64,000 nucleotides of DNA from Nitrosopumilus sp. (GCA_965238275.1 OZ250186.1:192001-256000), one strand, 5' to 3'. Shown: positions 16,668 to 27,433, counted from the stretch's first letter. Notes: generated from the sequence alone by a model not told the origin. Numbers and translations: made by a program.

Positions 16668-18658
16668 TTCCCGCCCGAAGATGATTCAGGAGTGGCCTTC
16701 TTTCCAAGCACCTTGGCGATTCCGTGCCTTGCCTCTATGATTGGCAGGCAGATTATGAAGAATGCAGCCGTGCTTACCCACACCACCGATATTCCGACCC
16801 AGACGCTGTACGCAAAGACGTCAAAGACCATCCCGGATGCTATGAGGGGCATGGGCCATCCAATTATCAGGATAAGCGTCATGAGACCGCCGCCCTTGAG
16901 GCTGAACTTGAATGCCCTTTGCAGGGTCGCCTCGTCTTCGGCTACCCTGGCAGACTGGGTCGCGGAGAGCTCCACGAGGGTGATCTTCTCCTTGAGGTCT
17001 TTCCAGTCGAATTTGGTCTTTGTTGCAAGGCTTCCAAAGAGGGCTATGGCGCCGCCGGTCAGGATTCCTGCGATGTTTCCAAACAGCATGGAGTTGTTGT
17101 GGCCGAGGGTCGCAAGGCTGATCTCGCCGTTGGCCCCTGGCAGGGAGCCTGCAACGCTGACCCATGTTATCAGGGCCACCACGAGTCCGATGATTGCGCC
17201 GGCGGTGGCTGCAACCTTGTTGGTCCTCTTCCAGAGTATTGTGAGCGCGATTGGAATCACGGCAGAGCCGATCAGTATGCCCATTGCCAGATAGACGAAT
17301 CCCAGGCTCAGTCCCATGGCCAGTAGCATTACGGCCAGTCCGCCCATGCCTAACCCGAAGGCGACGATGGTGGCACGCGAGACCTTCACCAGCTGCTTGC
17401 CTGTGGCGCCGGGGTTCTTGTAGGTCCGGTAGATATCATATGTGATTAGCGACGATACTGCAATCAGTTCTGCAGAGCCTGCAGACGTGACTGCCATGAA
17501 CAGCATTGTAAGTACCATGATGGCACCCACCTCGCCCATCAGGGCCGTGGCAGCTGCCGGAACCACTAATCCGAGCTGCACCTGCTCTGGAGTAAGATCC
17601 ACATCAAGCGCGACTGCAGTGAGTCCCATGGTGGTGGCAAGCGTGAATGGAATTGCAAACCAGCATGCGCCCCCAAGGAGGAATCCCCTGACGGTGGAGG
17701 ACGGCTGGGCGGCAATTGCCCTCTGCCAGTACGCCTGGTCTACAAATACGGTTCCAAAGTTTCCGACGATATTGATGATACCAAACATCAGCCCTCCGAG
17801 GGATGCCATGGTCAGGAACGCGCCTCCGGCATTGCCTTCAATCGGCCTGAGATCTGCTGCGGCGACGAGCTTTTCATACATGCCCTCAACGCCGCCGGTG
17901 ATGTCGCTGTTGATGTACACGGCCGCCACGAAGGACAGGATTACAACGAATATGATAATGGTGTGCATATAGTCTGCAACGAACGTGGCCTTTAGTCCTC
18001 CGACCAGCGTGTATATCATGACCCCGATGGGTATGAGGAACGCTGCAAGCGATATGTCCATGCCGGTAAGGCCGTTGACCACTGCGGAGCCTCCAAGGAG
18101 AAGCATTGCAGTGACTATCATGTTGGTGGTAAGTGCAAAAACCAAAAAGACCTTGTGCGAGCCGTTTCCATACCTTGCACGAATGATCTCCAGGAACGTG
18201 TGTGCGTTTGGCGCCTTGCGCTTGAGTTCAATTGCCAGGATTCCAAACAGAAGAACCTGGATTGACGCGCCTGCGGCATACCAGAAGGGACCGCTGATCC
18301 CGTATTGGTATGCTACTGTGGATGACTGCAGAAGTGTTGCAGCCCATGTCCATGCAGAAACTATGGCTGCTGCTGTAAGGCCGGTCTTGATTGTCCTGCC
18401 GGCAGTGTTGAACATCTCGGATGTCTGGTTGACTCCCAGATACTTTTCCTCGATCTTTACCTCCGCAGATATGATGACGGCAAATACGGCACCGAGTCCC
18501 ACCACTATTGCCCAGCCAATCCATTCGGGCAGGGCCTCGCCAATGGCAAAACCTTCTGAGATCTCGCCTGCCGCAAAGACAGTCTGGGGTGCAATGGCAA
18601 AGACGGCGCCCAGAACGAAAAGCGGCAAAAATCTCTTAATCGTTCCAGCCATCATCAA
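16664..18658 (-). CDS. dur3: DUR3-type sodium:solute symporter (urea active transporter), copy A
   Basis: SAWTWAATLLQSS, GISGPFWYAAGA, IVGNFGTVFVDQAYWQRAIAA; next to urease genes. Confidence 0.93.
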   Translation of the reverse strand: MMMAGTIKRFLPLFVLGAVFAIAPQTVFAAGEISEGFAIGEALPEWIGWAIVVGLGAVFAVIISAEVKIEEKYLGVNQTSEMFNTAGRTIKTGLTAAAIVSAWTWAATLLQSSTVAYQYGISGPFWYAAGASIQVLLFGILAIELKRKAPNAHTFLEIIRARYGNGSHKVFLVFALTTNMIVTAMLLLGGSAVVNGLTGMDISLAAFLIPIGVMIYTLVGGLKATFVADYMHTIIIFVVILSFVAAVYINSDITGGVEGMYEKLVAAADLRPIEGNAGGAFLTMASLGGLMFGIINIVGNFGTVFVDQAYWQRAIAAQPSSTVRGFLLGGACWFAIPFTLATTMGLTAVALDVDLTPEQVQLGLVVPAAATALMGEVGAIMVLTMLFMAVTSAGSAELIAVSSLITYDIYRTYKNPGATGKQLVKVSRATIVAFGLGMGGLAVMLLAMGLSLGFVYLAMGILIGSAVIPIALTILWKRTNKVAATAGAIIGLVVALITWVSVAGSLPGANGEISLATLGHNNSMLFGNIAGILTGGAIALFGSLATKTKFDWKDLKEKITLVELSATQSARVAEDEATLQRAFKFSLKGGGLMTLILIIGWPMPLIASGMVFDVFAYSVWVGISVVWVSTAAFFIICLPIIEARHGIAKVLGKKATPESSSGGK

Positions 18659-18692
18659 CTTGGATTAACGCCTCGGATTTACTTAGGAATTC

Positions 18693-18714
18693 AGAGACTT
18701 AGTCTCTTTAAATA
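18693..18714 (-). promoter_or_regulatory. dur3 promoter: TATA box with abutting perfect palindrome AGAGACT-T-AGTCTCT
   Basis: TATTTAAA on the minus strand (18707-18714) and a 7-1-7 palindrome at 18693-18707; palindrome repeated at 24147-24161. Confidence 0.6.
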
Positions 18715-18784
18715 GCTGGAATTGTCGCCGTCCCAAAAATTCATCAGATGGCGCCATTTCAGTCTGGATGTCTTCCCGGTTGGT

Positions 18785-18963
18785 TCATTCCAGTAGATGT
18801 CGACTGAGTCATTCCAGTAGATGTCGGCTGGGTATCGTTCCGGCACCGATGTCATTCCAGTAGATGTCGACTGGAACACATTCTGGTCAGACATATTCCA
18901 GTTCGGACATCATTCGGGTCTGGTTTCATTCGAGTCTGGCTTCATTCCAGCAGATGTCGACTA
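18785..18963. repeat. four ~22-bp direct repeats TCATTCCAGTAGATGTCG(A/G)CTG with irregular spacing
   Basis: Copies start at 18785, 18809, 18852 and 18942. Confidence 0.85.
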
Positions 18964-19374
18964 TACAGGAACCATGCCCAGACAGCAGTCATTCTCCCTG
19001 AGATGCCCGGTTGCGGGAAGCCGTACAGGGGAGGTATGAGGGTTTGGCAGCTCAGACAAATGCCTTTTCGTCATCATTCAGACATAACTCTGATTCTTCA
19101 TTGCAGCCAGCATAACCAAGGACGCGCCCGCTTTAAAATCAATGGCACGCCTTCTGTACATATCAGGATCACCCACAGGACCAGGCAGGGTTATTTGTAG
19201 AATCGATCAGACAAATTGCGAGCAGGAGTGCATGAGGCTGGTTCCTCCAGGGAATGTCATCGGCCACTCCATTTCATGTGTGGAATTGGCTGTCGGTTAC
19301 CCGTTGGAGTATCATGGCACGCCATGGTGTGAGTTTTATCTGAACCGTCCGTGTGAAGGCAAAATCATAGGAGG

Positions 19375-20784
19375 TCAGCCCAGGATTGGATACGCCTCAT
19401 TGGGTTTGATGAGTGTGATTCTGTCAGTAACCTTGAGGTACTCCTCGGGGTGTTCGGTATGGACCGGAAAGAGCATTCCTGCACCAATATCATCTACCAT
19501 CTTCAGCATGTCCTGGCCCCTGGCGTGTCCTGAGCAGTGAATGTGGTGGTGGCGCATCTGAAACCTTTCAATCCAGTTGTCCAGTCTCTGTGTATTGAGG
19601 TTCTGCTCCTCGGTGTACGGCTCGCTTGCAGAATGGATGTAGACTACGCCCGGGCTAGGCTTCATGTCAATCAAGGCGTTAAAGCTGAAGAATCCTATTG
19701 CACACAGATAGCGGTCAGGATGGGAGGCAATCTGGGCTGCAGTCAGTGCGTTGGGAGAGGTGGCAAACATGCGATCACTTCCGTAATAGTCCAGATCAGA
19801 GTACGTCCCGGATCCCTGCTTGCCCTTGTAGACTGCTATGTGCTCGTCGTTCCAGTTAGGCAGGTTCAGGACAGGATCAGCAGAGAGGTTCCTCAAAAGA
19901 TAGCAGTCCTTGATCTTTATTACCAGTTTTCTTCCGTTTGCCCGGGCTACATTGTAAAATGTCCTGACGCGATCCACGTCCTTGAAGTTAAAGTCTGCAA
20001 GGATCAGGTTGCCGGTACCGGCAGCCAGGCTGTTTGATCGGTCATATACGATCTGCTCACTCTCGTCTGAGGATGCCTCGCCTAGCCGGGTTCCCTCTGC
20101 AATAAGGGCCACCGGTCTTGCCTCCCTGGCCTTTTCAACAAACTCCGCAGTCATCTGCGGTTTTGTGCCATGACTCCTCAGATCGCCGGTGTACACGACG
20201 GGCCCCTCCGAGGTGTATATGATGAACCCGTATGCGCCGGGAACGGAATGATCCACATGGATCGGCTCGATCTCCAGCGAGCCTATTTTGAATTTGTCCC
20301 CCGTCCGGAACGTGTTGACGGTTCTCTGAATCTTTTGGTTGCTCTTATGCGCACCCACCAGATGGTACTCCAGAATCTCCTCGTCTATGGCATTGCGGGA
20401 GCGCTCCTGCATGGCCTGGATCATGTTTTTGGTGACCTCCCCCATGTACAGCGGTATGTCGCGGTGCAGAAACGACGCATAGTTGATGTGATCTGCGTGA
20501 GCATGTGAGAACAGTACTGCGTCAACCTCGGGGGATTTTATCTCCCTGCCTGCCCGGAACATCAGGTCGTCCCGGTATATTCCCGGTATGTCAGGAACCA
20601 GCCCCATGGTGATAAAGTCCAGGATTCCGTTTGACCAGCGCGGTGCAAGGTATCCTCCAAAATATCTCTCCATGGAGGAGAAGCTCTTTCCAAAATCCAG
20701 GAATATTCGGGTGTCCCCGTCCTCAAGAAGTATCTTGTTGCCCCCTATCTCGTTTACCCCGCCGTAAAATGTCAAAGAGACCAT
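19375..20784 (-). CDS. MBL-fold beta-CASP (RNase J-like) nuclease
   Basis: GGVNEIGGN, SHAHADH, VDHS, YTGD, HCSGH and PVHTEH motifs. Confidence 0.85.
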   Translation of the reverse strand: MVSLTFYGGVNEIGGNKILLEDGDTRIFLDFGKSFSSMERYFGGYLAPRWSNGILDFITMGLVPDIPGIYRDDLMFRAGREIKSPEVDAVLFSHAHADHINYASFLHRDIPLYMGEVTKNMIQAMQERSRNAIDEEILEYHLVGAHKSNQKIQRTVNTFRTGDKFKIGSLEIEPIHVDHSVPGAYGFIIYTSEGPVVYTGDLRSHGTKPQMTAEFVEKAREARPVALIAEGTRLGEASSDESEQIVYDRSNSLAAGTGNLILADFNFKDVDRVRTFYNVARANGRKLVIKIKDCYLLRNLSADPVLNLPNWNDEHIAVYKGKQGSGTYSDLDYYGSDRMFATSPNALTAAQIASHPDRYLCAIGFFSFNALIDMKPSPGVVYIHSASEPYTEEQNLNTQRLDNWIERFQMRHHHIHCSGHARGQDMLKMVDDIGAGMLFPVHTEHPEEYLKVTDRITLIKPNEAYPILG

Positions 20785-21111
20785 GTCATACCCATAGGCG
20801 CTGCATCAAGTTAAAATGATTGTGATGGCTCGACAGGGAACCGTTTCAGGGTCAGACTGCGGCACATTTCAGACTGCAACATACCAGGATGTGGGGGAGT
20901 CATATGCAAAAGTGTGCATTGCAGGTGCGGTGTCTTTTGCGGCATCGTGGACTTTTCTGAACACCCCGACAGGCCTGAACCGGGCTTTCATCCAATTCCT
21001 TCCGGAATGGCCGGAGTACTTGCTGTGACCCCTGCCGGATCCTTGGCATCAGATGATGCCTTTACCTGAGGCCGGCGTCGGGCATAAATACCAAAAAAAC
21101 AAGGCAATATC

Positions 21112-21300
21112 ATGGATAAACAGATGGTAATAATCGGGGCCATAACAGTCGCCATCGGCCTTACATTCCTTGGATACAACTTTCTGGATCCCACAACCGA
21201 GCAGTTCCTGATAGGCACTGCCATCTGGGCGGTAGGTCAGGTTGCATTGATTCTAGGTCTGACAGTATTCAGAAGGGAAGAAGGACTGAATATGCACTAG
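21112..21300 (+). CDS. small two-TM membrane protein
   Basis: Two hydrophobic helices; AT-rich box ~25 bp upstream. Confidence 0.6.
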   Translation: MDKQMVIIGAITVAIGLTFLGYNFLDPTTEQFLIGTAIWAVGQVALILGLTVFRREEGLNMH

Positions 21301-21479
21301 CAAGCTGCTGCTGCTGCTGCCTTGACAGAACCCACCTTGGACAGCCATCTGAACTGGTTTTGGATCAGATGATGCCTTGTGGTCAAGCTACATGTTTACC
21401 AGCAGTATTATTGCAGCACAGACTCCCATCAACGCCAGCATGTACTTGCGGTATTTGGGATTGCTTGTTCTCATCATAT

Positions 21480-22121
21480 CTACGTGCAGCATGGAGTCTT
21501 GCTCAGTCCATCTCCATGATATTTCAGGACCGAAGTTTTCGCACTAGGAGGGATGGGAGGCATGGTGACAGACAGCGCGGTGGCAGACATAAACGGGTTG
21601 TATGTGATGCTCTGGTTGGCGAATCGGCCCGTCGACTTGCCCAGTATCAGGTTGCGCACCTTGACCATCTTGCGTGCCAGTATGAATCCTCCGCCTGACA
21701 TGCAGCTTCCTATTATTACGTGCAGCAGGCTGGAGTCTTGCTGAGGGGCAACCAGCAGGACATAGACAAATCCGGCGATCATCAGCAAGACCCCAAATGC
21801 CGCAAAGATTGCCATCATCATGGGAATTCTAGGGGGGATGGGAGGCAGTCCGTCTGGAGGACGATCGATGAATCGCGCGTCCTTGCAGACATTGCAGCAG
21901 CGTCTCTGCTTTTTTTCATGCCATACGGACTCTAGGAAATAAAATTCTTGATGACATGAGCTGCACGCGGTTTTTGGCATGGTTACCCTTCCATGGTCGT
22001 CAAAGTCCTGGCCTATCCTCTTCATGCACTCCTTGCAAAAGTACCCGCGGACGCGCCACTGCTTTTGAAAGTTGTACTTTTTCCAACCCAGCGGAACGTT
22101 GCAGCCTGAACAGGAAGTCAT
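21480..22121 (-). CDS. double zinc-finger membrane protein, copy B (longer C-terminus)
   Basis: Identical to copy A up to ILGKS, then diverges; overlaps the dur3 stop. Confidence 0.75.
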   Translation of the reverse strand: MTSCSGCNVPLGWKKYNFQKQWRVRGYFCKECMKRIGQDFDDHGRVTMPKTACSSCHQEFYFLESVWHEKKQRRCCNVCKDARFIDRPPDGLPPIPPRIPMMMAIFAAFGVLLMIAGFVYVLLVAPQQDSSLLHVIIGSCMSGGGFILARKMVKVRNLILGKSTGRFANQSITYNPFMSATALSVTMPPIPPSAKTSVLKYHGDGLSKTPCCT

Positions 22122-24112
22122 TTCCCGCCCGAAGATGATTCAGGAGTGGCCTTCTTTCCAAGCACCTTGGCGATTCCGTGCCTTGCCTCTATGATTGGCA
22201 GGCAGATTATGAAGAATGCAGCCGTGCTTACCCACACCACCGATATTCCGACCCAGACGCTGTACGCAAAGACGTCAAAGACCATCCCGGATGCTATGAG
22301 GGGCATGGGCCATCCAATTATCAGGATAAGCGTCATGAGACCGCCGCCCTTGAGGCTGAACTTGAATGCCCTTTGCAGGGTCGCCTCGTCTTCGGCTACC
22401 CTGGCAGACTGGGTCGCGGAGAGCTCCACGAGGGTGATCTTCTCCTTGAGGTCTTTCCAGTCGAATTTGGTCTTTGTTGCAAGGCTTCCAAAGAGGGCTA
22501 TGGCGCCGCCGGTCAGGATTCCTGCGATGTTTCCAAACAGCATGGAGTTGTTGTGGCCGAGGGTCGCAAGGCTGATCTCGCCGTTGGCCCCTGGCAGGGA
22601 GCCTGCAACGCTGACCCATGTTATCAGGGCCACCACGAGTCCGATGATTGCGCCGGCGGTGGCTGCAACCTTGTTGGTCCTCTTCCAGAGTATTGTGAGC
22701 GCGATTGGAATCACGGCAGAGCCGATCAGTATGCCCATTGCCAGATAGACGAATCCCAGGCTCAGTCCCATGGCCAGTAGCATTACGGCCAGTCCGCCCA
22801 TGCCTAACCCGAAGGCGACGATGGTGGCACGCGAGACCTTCACCAGCTGCTTGCCTGTGGCGCCGGGGTTCTTGTAGGTCCGGTAGATATCATATGTGAT
22901 TAGCGACGATACTGCAATCAGTTCTGCAGAGCCTGCAGACGTGACTGCCATGAACAGCATTGTAAGTACCATGATGGCACCCACCTCGCCCATCAGGGCC
23001 GTGGCAGCTGCCGGAACCACTAATCCGAGCTGCACCTGCTCTGGAGTAAGATCCACATCAAGCGCGACTGCAGTGAGTCCCATGGTGGTGGCAAGCGTGA
23101 ATGGAATTGCAAACCAGCATGCGCCCCCAAGGAGGAATCCCCTGACGGTGGAGGACGGCTGGGCGGCAATTGCCCTCTGCCAGTACGCCTGGTCTACAAA
23201 TACGGTTCCAAAGTTTCCGACGATATTGATGATACCAAACATCAGCCCTCCGAGGGATGCCATGGTCAGGAACGCGCCTCCGGCATTGCCTTCAATCGGC
23301 CTGAGATCTGCTGCGGCGACGAGCTTTTCATACATGCCCTCAACGCCGCCGGTGATGTCGCTGTTGATGTACACGGCCGCCACGAAGGACAGGATTACAA
23401 CGAATATGATAATGGTGTGCATATAGTCTGCAACGAACGTGGCCTTTAGTCCTCCGACCAGCGTGTATATCATGACCCCGATGGGTATGAGGAACGCTGC
23501 AAGCGATATGTCCATGCCGGTAAGGCCGTTGACCACTGCGGAGCCTCCAAGGAGAAGCATTGCAGTGACTATCATGTTGGTGGTAAGTGCAAAAACCAAA
23601 AAGACCTTGTGCGAGCCGTTTCCATACCTTGCACGAATGATCTCCAGGAACGTGTGTGCGTTTGGCGCCTTGCGCTTGAGTTCAATTGCCAGGATTCCAA
23701 ACAGAAGAACCTGGATTGACGCGCCTGCGGCATACCAGAAGGGACCGCTGATCCCGTATTGGTATGCTACTGTGGATGACTGCAGAAGTGTTGCAGCCCA
23801 TGTCCATGCAGAAACTATGGCTGCTGCTGTAAGGCCGGTCTTGATTGTCCTGCCGGCAGTGTTGAACATCTCGGATGTCTGGTTGACTCCCAGATACTTT
23901 TCCTCGATCTTTACCTCCGCAGATATGATGACGGCAAATACGGCACCGAGTCCCACCACTATTGCCCAGCCAATCCATTCGGGCAGGGCCTCGCCAATGG
24001 CAAAACCTTCTGAGATCTCGCCTGCCGCAAAGACAGTCTGGGGTGCAATGGCAAAGACGGCGCCCAGAACGAAAAGCGGCAAAAATCTCTTAATCGTTCC
24101 AGCCATCATCAA
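22118..24112 (-). CDS. dur3: DUR3-type urea transporter, copy B
   Basis: Translation identical to 16664-18658; directly downstream of ureC. Confidence 0.93.
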   Translation of the reverse strand: MMMAGTIKRFLPLFVLGAVFAIAPQTVFAAGEISEGFAIGEALPEWIGWAIVVGLGAVFAVIISAEVKIEEKYLGVNQTSEMFNTAGRTIKTGLTAAAIVSAWTWAATLLQSSTVAYQYGISGPFWYAAGASIQVLLFGILAIELKRKAPNAHTFLEIIRARYGNGSHKVFLVFALTTNMIVTAMLLLGGSAVVNGLTGMDISLAAFLIPIGVMIYTLVGGLKATFVADYMHTIIIFVVILSFVAAVYINSDITGGVEGMYEKLVAAADLRPIEGNAGGAFLTMASLGGLMFGIINIVGNFGTVFVDQAYWQRAIAAQPSSTVRGFLLGGACWFAIPFTLATTMGLTAVALDVDLTPEQVQLGLVVPAAATALMGEVGAIMVLTMLFMAVTSAGSAELIAVSSLITYDIYRTYKNPGATGKQLVKVSRATIVAFGLGMGGLAVMLLAMGLSLGFVYLAMGILIGSAVIPIALTILWKRTNKVAATAGAIIGLVVALITWVSVAGSLPGANGEISLATLGHNNSMLFGNIAGILTGGAIALFGSLATKTKFDWKDLKEKITLVELSATQSARVAEDEATLQRAFKFSLKGGGLMTLILIIGWPMPLIASGMVFDVFAYSVWVGISVVWVSTAAFFIICLPIIEARHGIAKVLGKKATPESSSGGK

Positions 24113-24238
24113 CTTGGATTAACGCCTCGGATTTACTTAGGAATTCAGAGACTTAGTCTCTTTAAATAGCTGGAATTGTCGCCGTCCCAAAAATTCATCA
24201 GATGGCGCCATTTCAGTCCGGATGTCTTCCCGGTTGGT

Positions 24239-24374
24239 TCATTCCAGTAGATGTCGACTGAGTCATTCCAGTAGATGTCGGCTGGAACGCATTCTGATCC
24301 GGCATATTCCAGTTCGGACATCATTCGAGTCTGGCTTCATTCGAGTCTGGCTTCATTCCAGTAGATGTCGACTG
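24239..24374. repeat. three ~22-bp repeats TCATTCCAGTAGATGTCG(A/G)CTG plus two TCATTCGAGTCTGGCT repeats
   Basis: 22-bp copies start at 24239, 24263 and 24353. Confidence 0.85.
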
Positions 24375-24472
24375 TACAGGCATGAAGGGAATCATGGACG
24401 CCCCACAGTGTAGAGAACCATCATCCAATCAAGGATGCCTGAAGGGCCTTCCCAACATGACACACAGCAGTC

Positions 24473-26185
24473 TCAGTAGAGGTTGTACAGCCGGGACAGG
24501 GACAGTTTCTCAGACGGGTTGACTGTTGCAATCTTTCCATCCACCTTGACTTCGTATGTCTCGGGGTTGATCTCAATGTCCGGAGTCAGGTCGTTGTGGA
24601 CCATGTCCTTCTTTCCTATGGTACGGCAGTTCCGTACCGGAACGAGTCTCTTTTTGATGTTTATCTTGGATTCAAGTCCCTTCTCAAGCGCAAGGCCGGA
24701 TGTAAACGTCACGGATGTGGAGTGTTTTGCGCTGCCAAGCGCGCCAAACATTGGCCGGTAGTAGACAGGCTCCGTGGTGGGTATGGACGCGTTTGGATCG
24801 CCCATCAGCGAGTACGCTATGAATCCGCCCTTGATTATCATCTTGGGCTTTATTCCAAAGAACTGCGGGGTCCACACCACGATGTCTGCCAGTCGTCCAG
24901 GCTGCAGGGATCCCACATGCCCGGATATCCCGTGTGTGATGGCAGGGTTTATCGTGATCTTGGCCAGGTACCGTTTGACGCGCAGGTTGTCGTTGTCGCC
25001 TGTCTCCCCGGGAAGGCGCCCGGTCATCTTCTTCATCTTGTCGGCAGTCTGCCAGTTCCGTGTAGTGACCTCGCCTACGCGTCCCATCGCCTGGCTGTCA
25101 GAGGACATCATGCTTAGGGCGCCTATGTCGTGCAGGATGTCTTCTGCGGCGATGGTCTCCCCCCGGATTCTTGACTCTGCAAAGGAGACATCCTCGGGAA
25201 CCGACGAGTTGAGGTGGTGACACACCATCATCATGTCCAGATGTTCTGCAAGCGTGTTGACTGTAAACGGCCTTGTGGGGTTGGTTGACGACGGAAGGAC
25301 GTTTGCCTCGCCTGCAATCCTCATGATGTCAGGCGCATGCCCTCCCCCCGCGCCTTCGGTATGATACGTGTGGATGGTCCTGCCTGCTATTGCCTCTATG
25401 GTATCGTCTACAAAGCCGCACTCGTTGAGCGTGTCAGTGTGAATTGCAACCTGGGTGTCAGTCTTGTCTGCCACCCTCAGCGCAGAATCAATCGTGGCAG
25501 GAGTCGTTCCCCAGTCCTCGTGAAGCTTCAGGCCGCACGCGCCTGCCTCGACCTGTTCAATCAGGGCAGCCTCCTGGGAGTCGTTGCCCTTGCACAGGAA
25601 CCCAAAGTTCAGCGGAAACTCCTCGACTGCCTCCATCATCCGGTGAATGTTCCATGCCCCCGGAGTGCACGTGGTGGCGTTGGTCCCGTCTGCAGGCCCC
25701 GTGCCGCCGCCGATCATGGTGGTCGTGCCGTTGCATATGGCATCGATTGCCTGCTGGGGGGAGATGAAGTGGATGTGCGAGTCTATTGTTCCCGGCGTGC
25801 AGATCGTGTGCTCCCCTGCAATAACTTCGGTGTTTGAGGATATTATCATGTCCACCCCGTCCATTACGTTGGGGTTTCCGGCGTTTCCTATTCCTACAAT
25901 CACGCCGTCCTTTATCCCGATATCGCCCTTGATTATGCCCAGGATGGGATCCATAATCATCGCGTTGGTAATTACAAGATCAAGGGAGTTGTCCCGTGTG
26001 ACGCCGCTTGCCTGCGCGAGTCCGTCCCTGGCACTCTTTCCGCCCCCAAAGACTGTCTCATCACCATACCGGATAAGATCCCGTTCAATCTCTATGATAA
26101 GATCGGTGTCTGCAAGGCGGATCCTGTCTCCGGTGGTCGGACCGAAGAGCTCTGCGTACCTGTTTCTTGGAATGATCAGCGTCAC
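24473..26185 (-). CDS. ureC: urease alpha subunit
   Basis: [48 protein letters not shown]. Confidence 0.98.
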   Translation of the reverse strand: MTLIIPRNRYAELFGPTTGDRIRLADTDLIIEIERDLIRYGDETVFGGGKSARDGLAQASGVTRDNSLDLVITNAMIMDPILGIIKGDIGIKDGVIVGIGNAGNPNVMDGVDMIISSNTEVIAGEHTICTPGTIDSHIHFISPQQAIDAICNGTTTMIGGGTGPADGTNATTCTPGAWNIHRMMEAVEEFPLNFGFLCKGNDSQEAALIEQVEAGACGLKLHEDWGTTPATIDSALRVADKTDTQVAIHTDTLNECGFVDDTIEAIAGRTIHTYHTEGAGGGHAPDIMRIAGEANVLPSSTNPTRPFTVNTLAEHLDMMMVCHHLNSSVPEDVSFAESRIRGETIAAEDILHDIGALSMMSSDSQAMGRVGEVTTRNWQTADKMKKMTGRLPGETGDNDNLRVKRYLAKITINPAITHGISGHVGSLQPGRLADIVVWTPQFFGIKPKMIIKGGFIAYSLMGDPNASIPTTEPVYYRPMFGALGSAKHSTSVTFTSGLALEKGLESKINIKKRLVPVRNCRTIGKKDMVHNDLTPDIEINPETYEVKVDGKIATVNPSEKLSLSRLYNLY

Positions 26186-26559
26186 GCATCTGCCCCCTTG
26201 AATCCCTTCTTGCGGGCCCTGGCCATTGCCTCATCCCTCATGACATCCAGAGGACCGTTGACAAGTCCGCTGAACCCAAAGACTATCCGGGTCCCGCCAT
26301 ACTCGGTAAGCTCCACGTCACGCGAGTCGCCGGGCTCAAACCTTATCGAGGTTCCGGCAGGAATGTTGAGGTGGAATCCGTAGGCTGCGCTGCGCTGAAA
26401 CGACAGCGCCTTGTTGACCTCAAAAAAGTGCGTATGCGAGCCCACCTGGACTGGCCTGTCTCCGGTATTGGTCACGCGGACTGACACGGTGGCCTTTCCG
26501 TCGTTTGCGCAGATGTCCCCGTCAGATATTATGTATTGGCCAGGCTTCATGGACACCAT
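26182..26559 (-). CDS. ureB: urease beta subunit
   Basis: [19 protein letters not shown] and [14 protein letters not shown]; start overlaps the ureA stop (TGATG). Confidence 0.96.
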   Translation of the reverse strand: MVSMKPGQYIISDGDICANDGKATVSVRVTNTGDRPVQVGSHTHFFEVNKALSFQRSAAYGFHLNIPAGTSIRFEPGDSRDVELTEYGGTRIVFGFSGLVNGPLDVMRDEAMARARKKGFKGADA

Positions 26560-26861
26560 CACACTATCGGATCGTGCACCGTTACCAGTTTCGTCCCGTC
26601 CTCAAATGTAGCCTCCACCTGTATGGAGTGGATAAGATCAGTAACCCCGGGCAGCACGTCGTCTTTTGACAGGACGCCCCTTCCGGAGCTCATCAGCTCG
26701 GGTACCGACCTGCCGTCGCGCGCGCCCTCTAGGATATAATCAGTGATTAGTGCAACTGCCTCCGGATGGTTTAGCTTGAGCCCCCTGTCCTTTCTCCTCT
26801 GCGCAAGCTGTGCGGCCAGAAAGATGTACAGCTTGTCCATCTCTCTGGGGGTAAGCATCAT
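26559..26861 (-). CDS. ureA: urease gamma subunit
   Basis: [38 protein letters not shown]. Confidence 0.97.
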   Translation of the reverse strand: MMLTPREMDKLYIFLAAQLAQRRKDRGLKLNHPEAVALITDYILEGARDGRSVPELMSSGRGVLSKDDVLPGVTDLIHSIQVEATFEDGTKLVTVHDPIV

Positions 26862-26883
26862 TGAACCAGCTATCAACCGAACG

Positions 26884-26897
26884 TATTTAATAATTAA
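26884..26897. promoter_or_regulatory. shared AT-rich TATA region of the divergent ureABC / ureEFGD operons
   Basis: TATTTAATAATTAA about 25 bp upstream of the ureA ATG in a ~50-bp spacer. Confidence 0.6.
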
Positions 26898-26911
26898 GGC
26901 AGCAGCCCACA

Positions 26912-27433
26912 ATGGAATATAACCCGGGCATGTGCCATACCGTTACGGTGCAAGTCGTCACATCCATACTAGGAAACATACTTGAAGACGAATCGTACAG
27001 GTCAGTTGATACCGAAGGGTTTGAGCGCCTCATGGTCTCAAGGCACGAGATGGGAAGGGGCAGGCTCCGAAGGAACACTGACAGGGGAACCGACGTGGGG
27101 CTCTCCCTTGAGGCCGGCCGTTCCCTGCACCACGGGGACATCCTTGAGGCCGGCGGCAAATCCATATTGATCCAGCAGATGCCCGAGAAGGTAATCTCCA
27201 TAACTGCCAGAAACGTGCAGGCAGGTACCGCCGTGCTCATAGGACACAGGATAGGAAACATGCACAGGCCGGTGGCCGTATCAGGGGACACGATATCGTT
27301 TCCCATCCAGGCAGATTCCGAACTCGAGACCTTTCAGAGAATCTTTGCAGACATGGCAGACCACATCACAATGTCGCAGGAGGAGGTTGTGTTTATCCCG
27401 CATGCAGGAGCCGACGTCCATGGACACGAATAG
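26912..27433 (+). CDS. ureE: urease accessory protein UreE (start uncertain)
   Basis: [29 protein letters not shown], His-containing tail. Confidence 0.9.
   Translation: MEYNPGMCHTVTVQVVTSILGNILEDESYRSVDTEGFERLMVSRHEMGRGRLRRNTDRGTDVGLSLEAGRSLHHGDILEAGGKSILIQQMPEKVISITARNVQAGTAVLIGHRIGNMHRPVAVSGDTISFPIQADSELETFQRIFADMADHITMSQEEVVFIPHAGADVHGHE

Larger units (their letters stand above)
16179..18969. repeat. ~2.8-kb direct duplication, copy A (zinc-finger gene + dur3 + upstream region)
   Basis: Matches 21633-24380 at offset 5454 across the coding part; identical dur3 translations. Confidence 0.95.
21633..24380. repeat. ~2.75-kb direct duplication, copy B
   Basis: Matches 16179-18969; lacks one 22-bp repeat plus spacer and differs by several SNPs in the upstream non-coding part. 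Confidence 0.95.

Noticed and set aside
16692-18668. Long antisense ORFs over dur3 (and likewise over ureC, nuo and acc genes)
   Set aside because: Expected shadow ORFs in GC-rich coding DNA; no independent motifs.
18785-18963. CRISPR array
   Set aside because: Gaps between repeats are 2, 21 and 68 bp, partly made of related repeats, and no cas genes are in the window.
21049-21072. Possible C/D box sRNA (ATGATG...CTGA)
   Set aside because: Imperfect C box, too short, and no convincing second guide or target.
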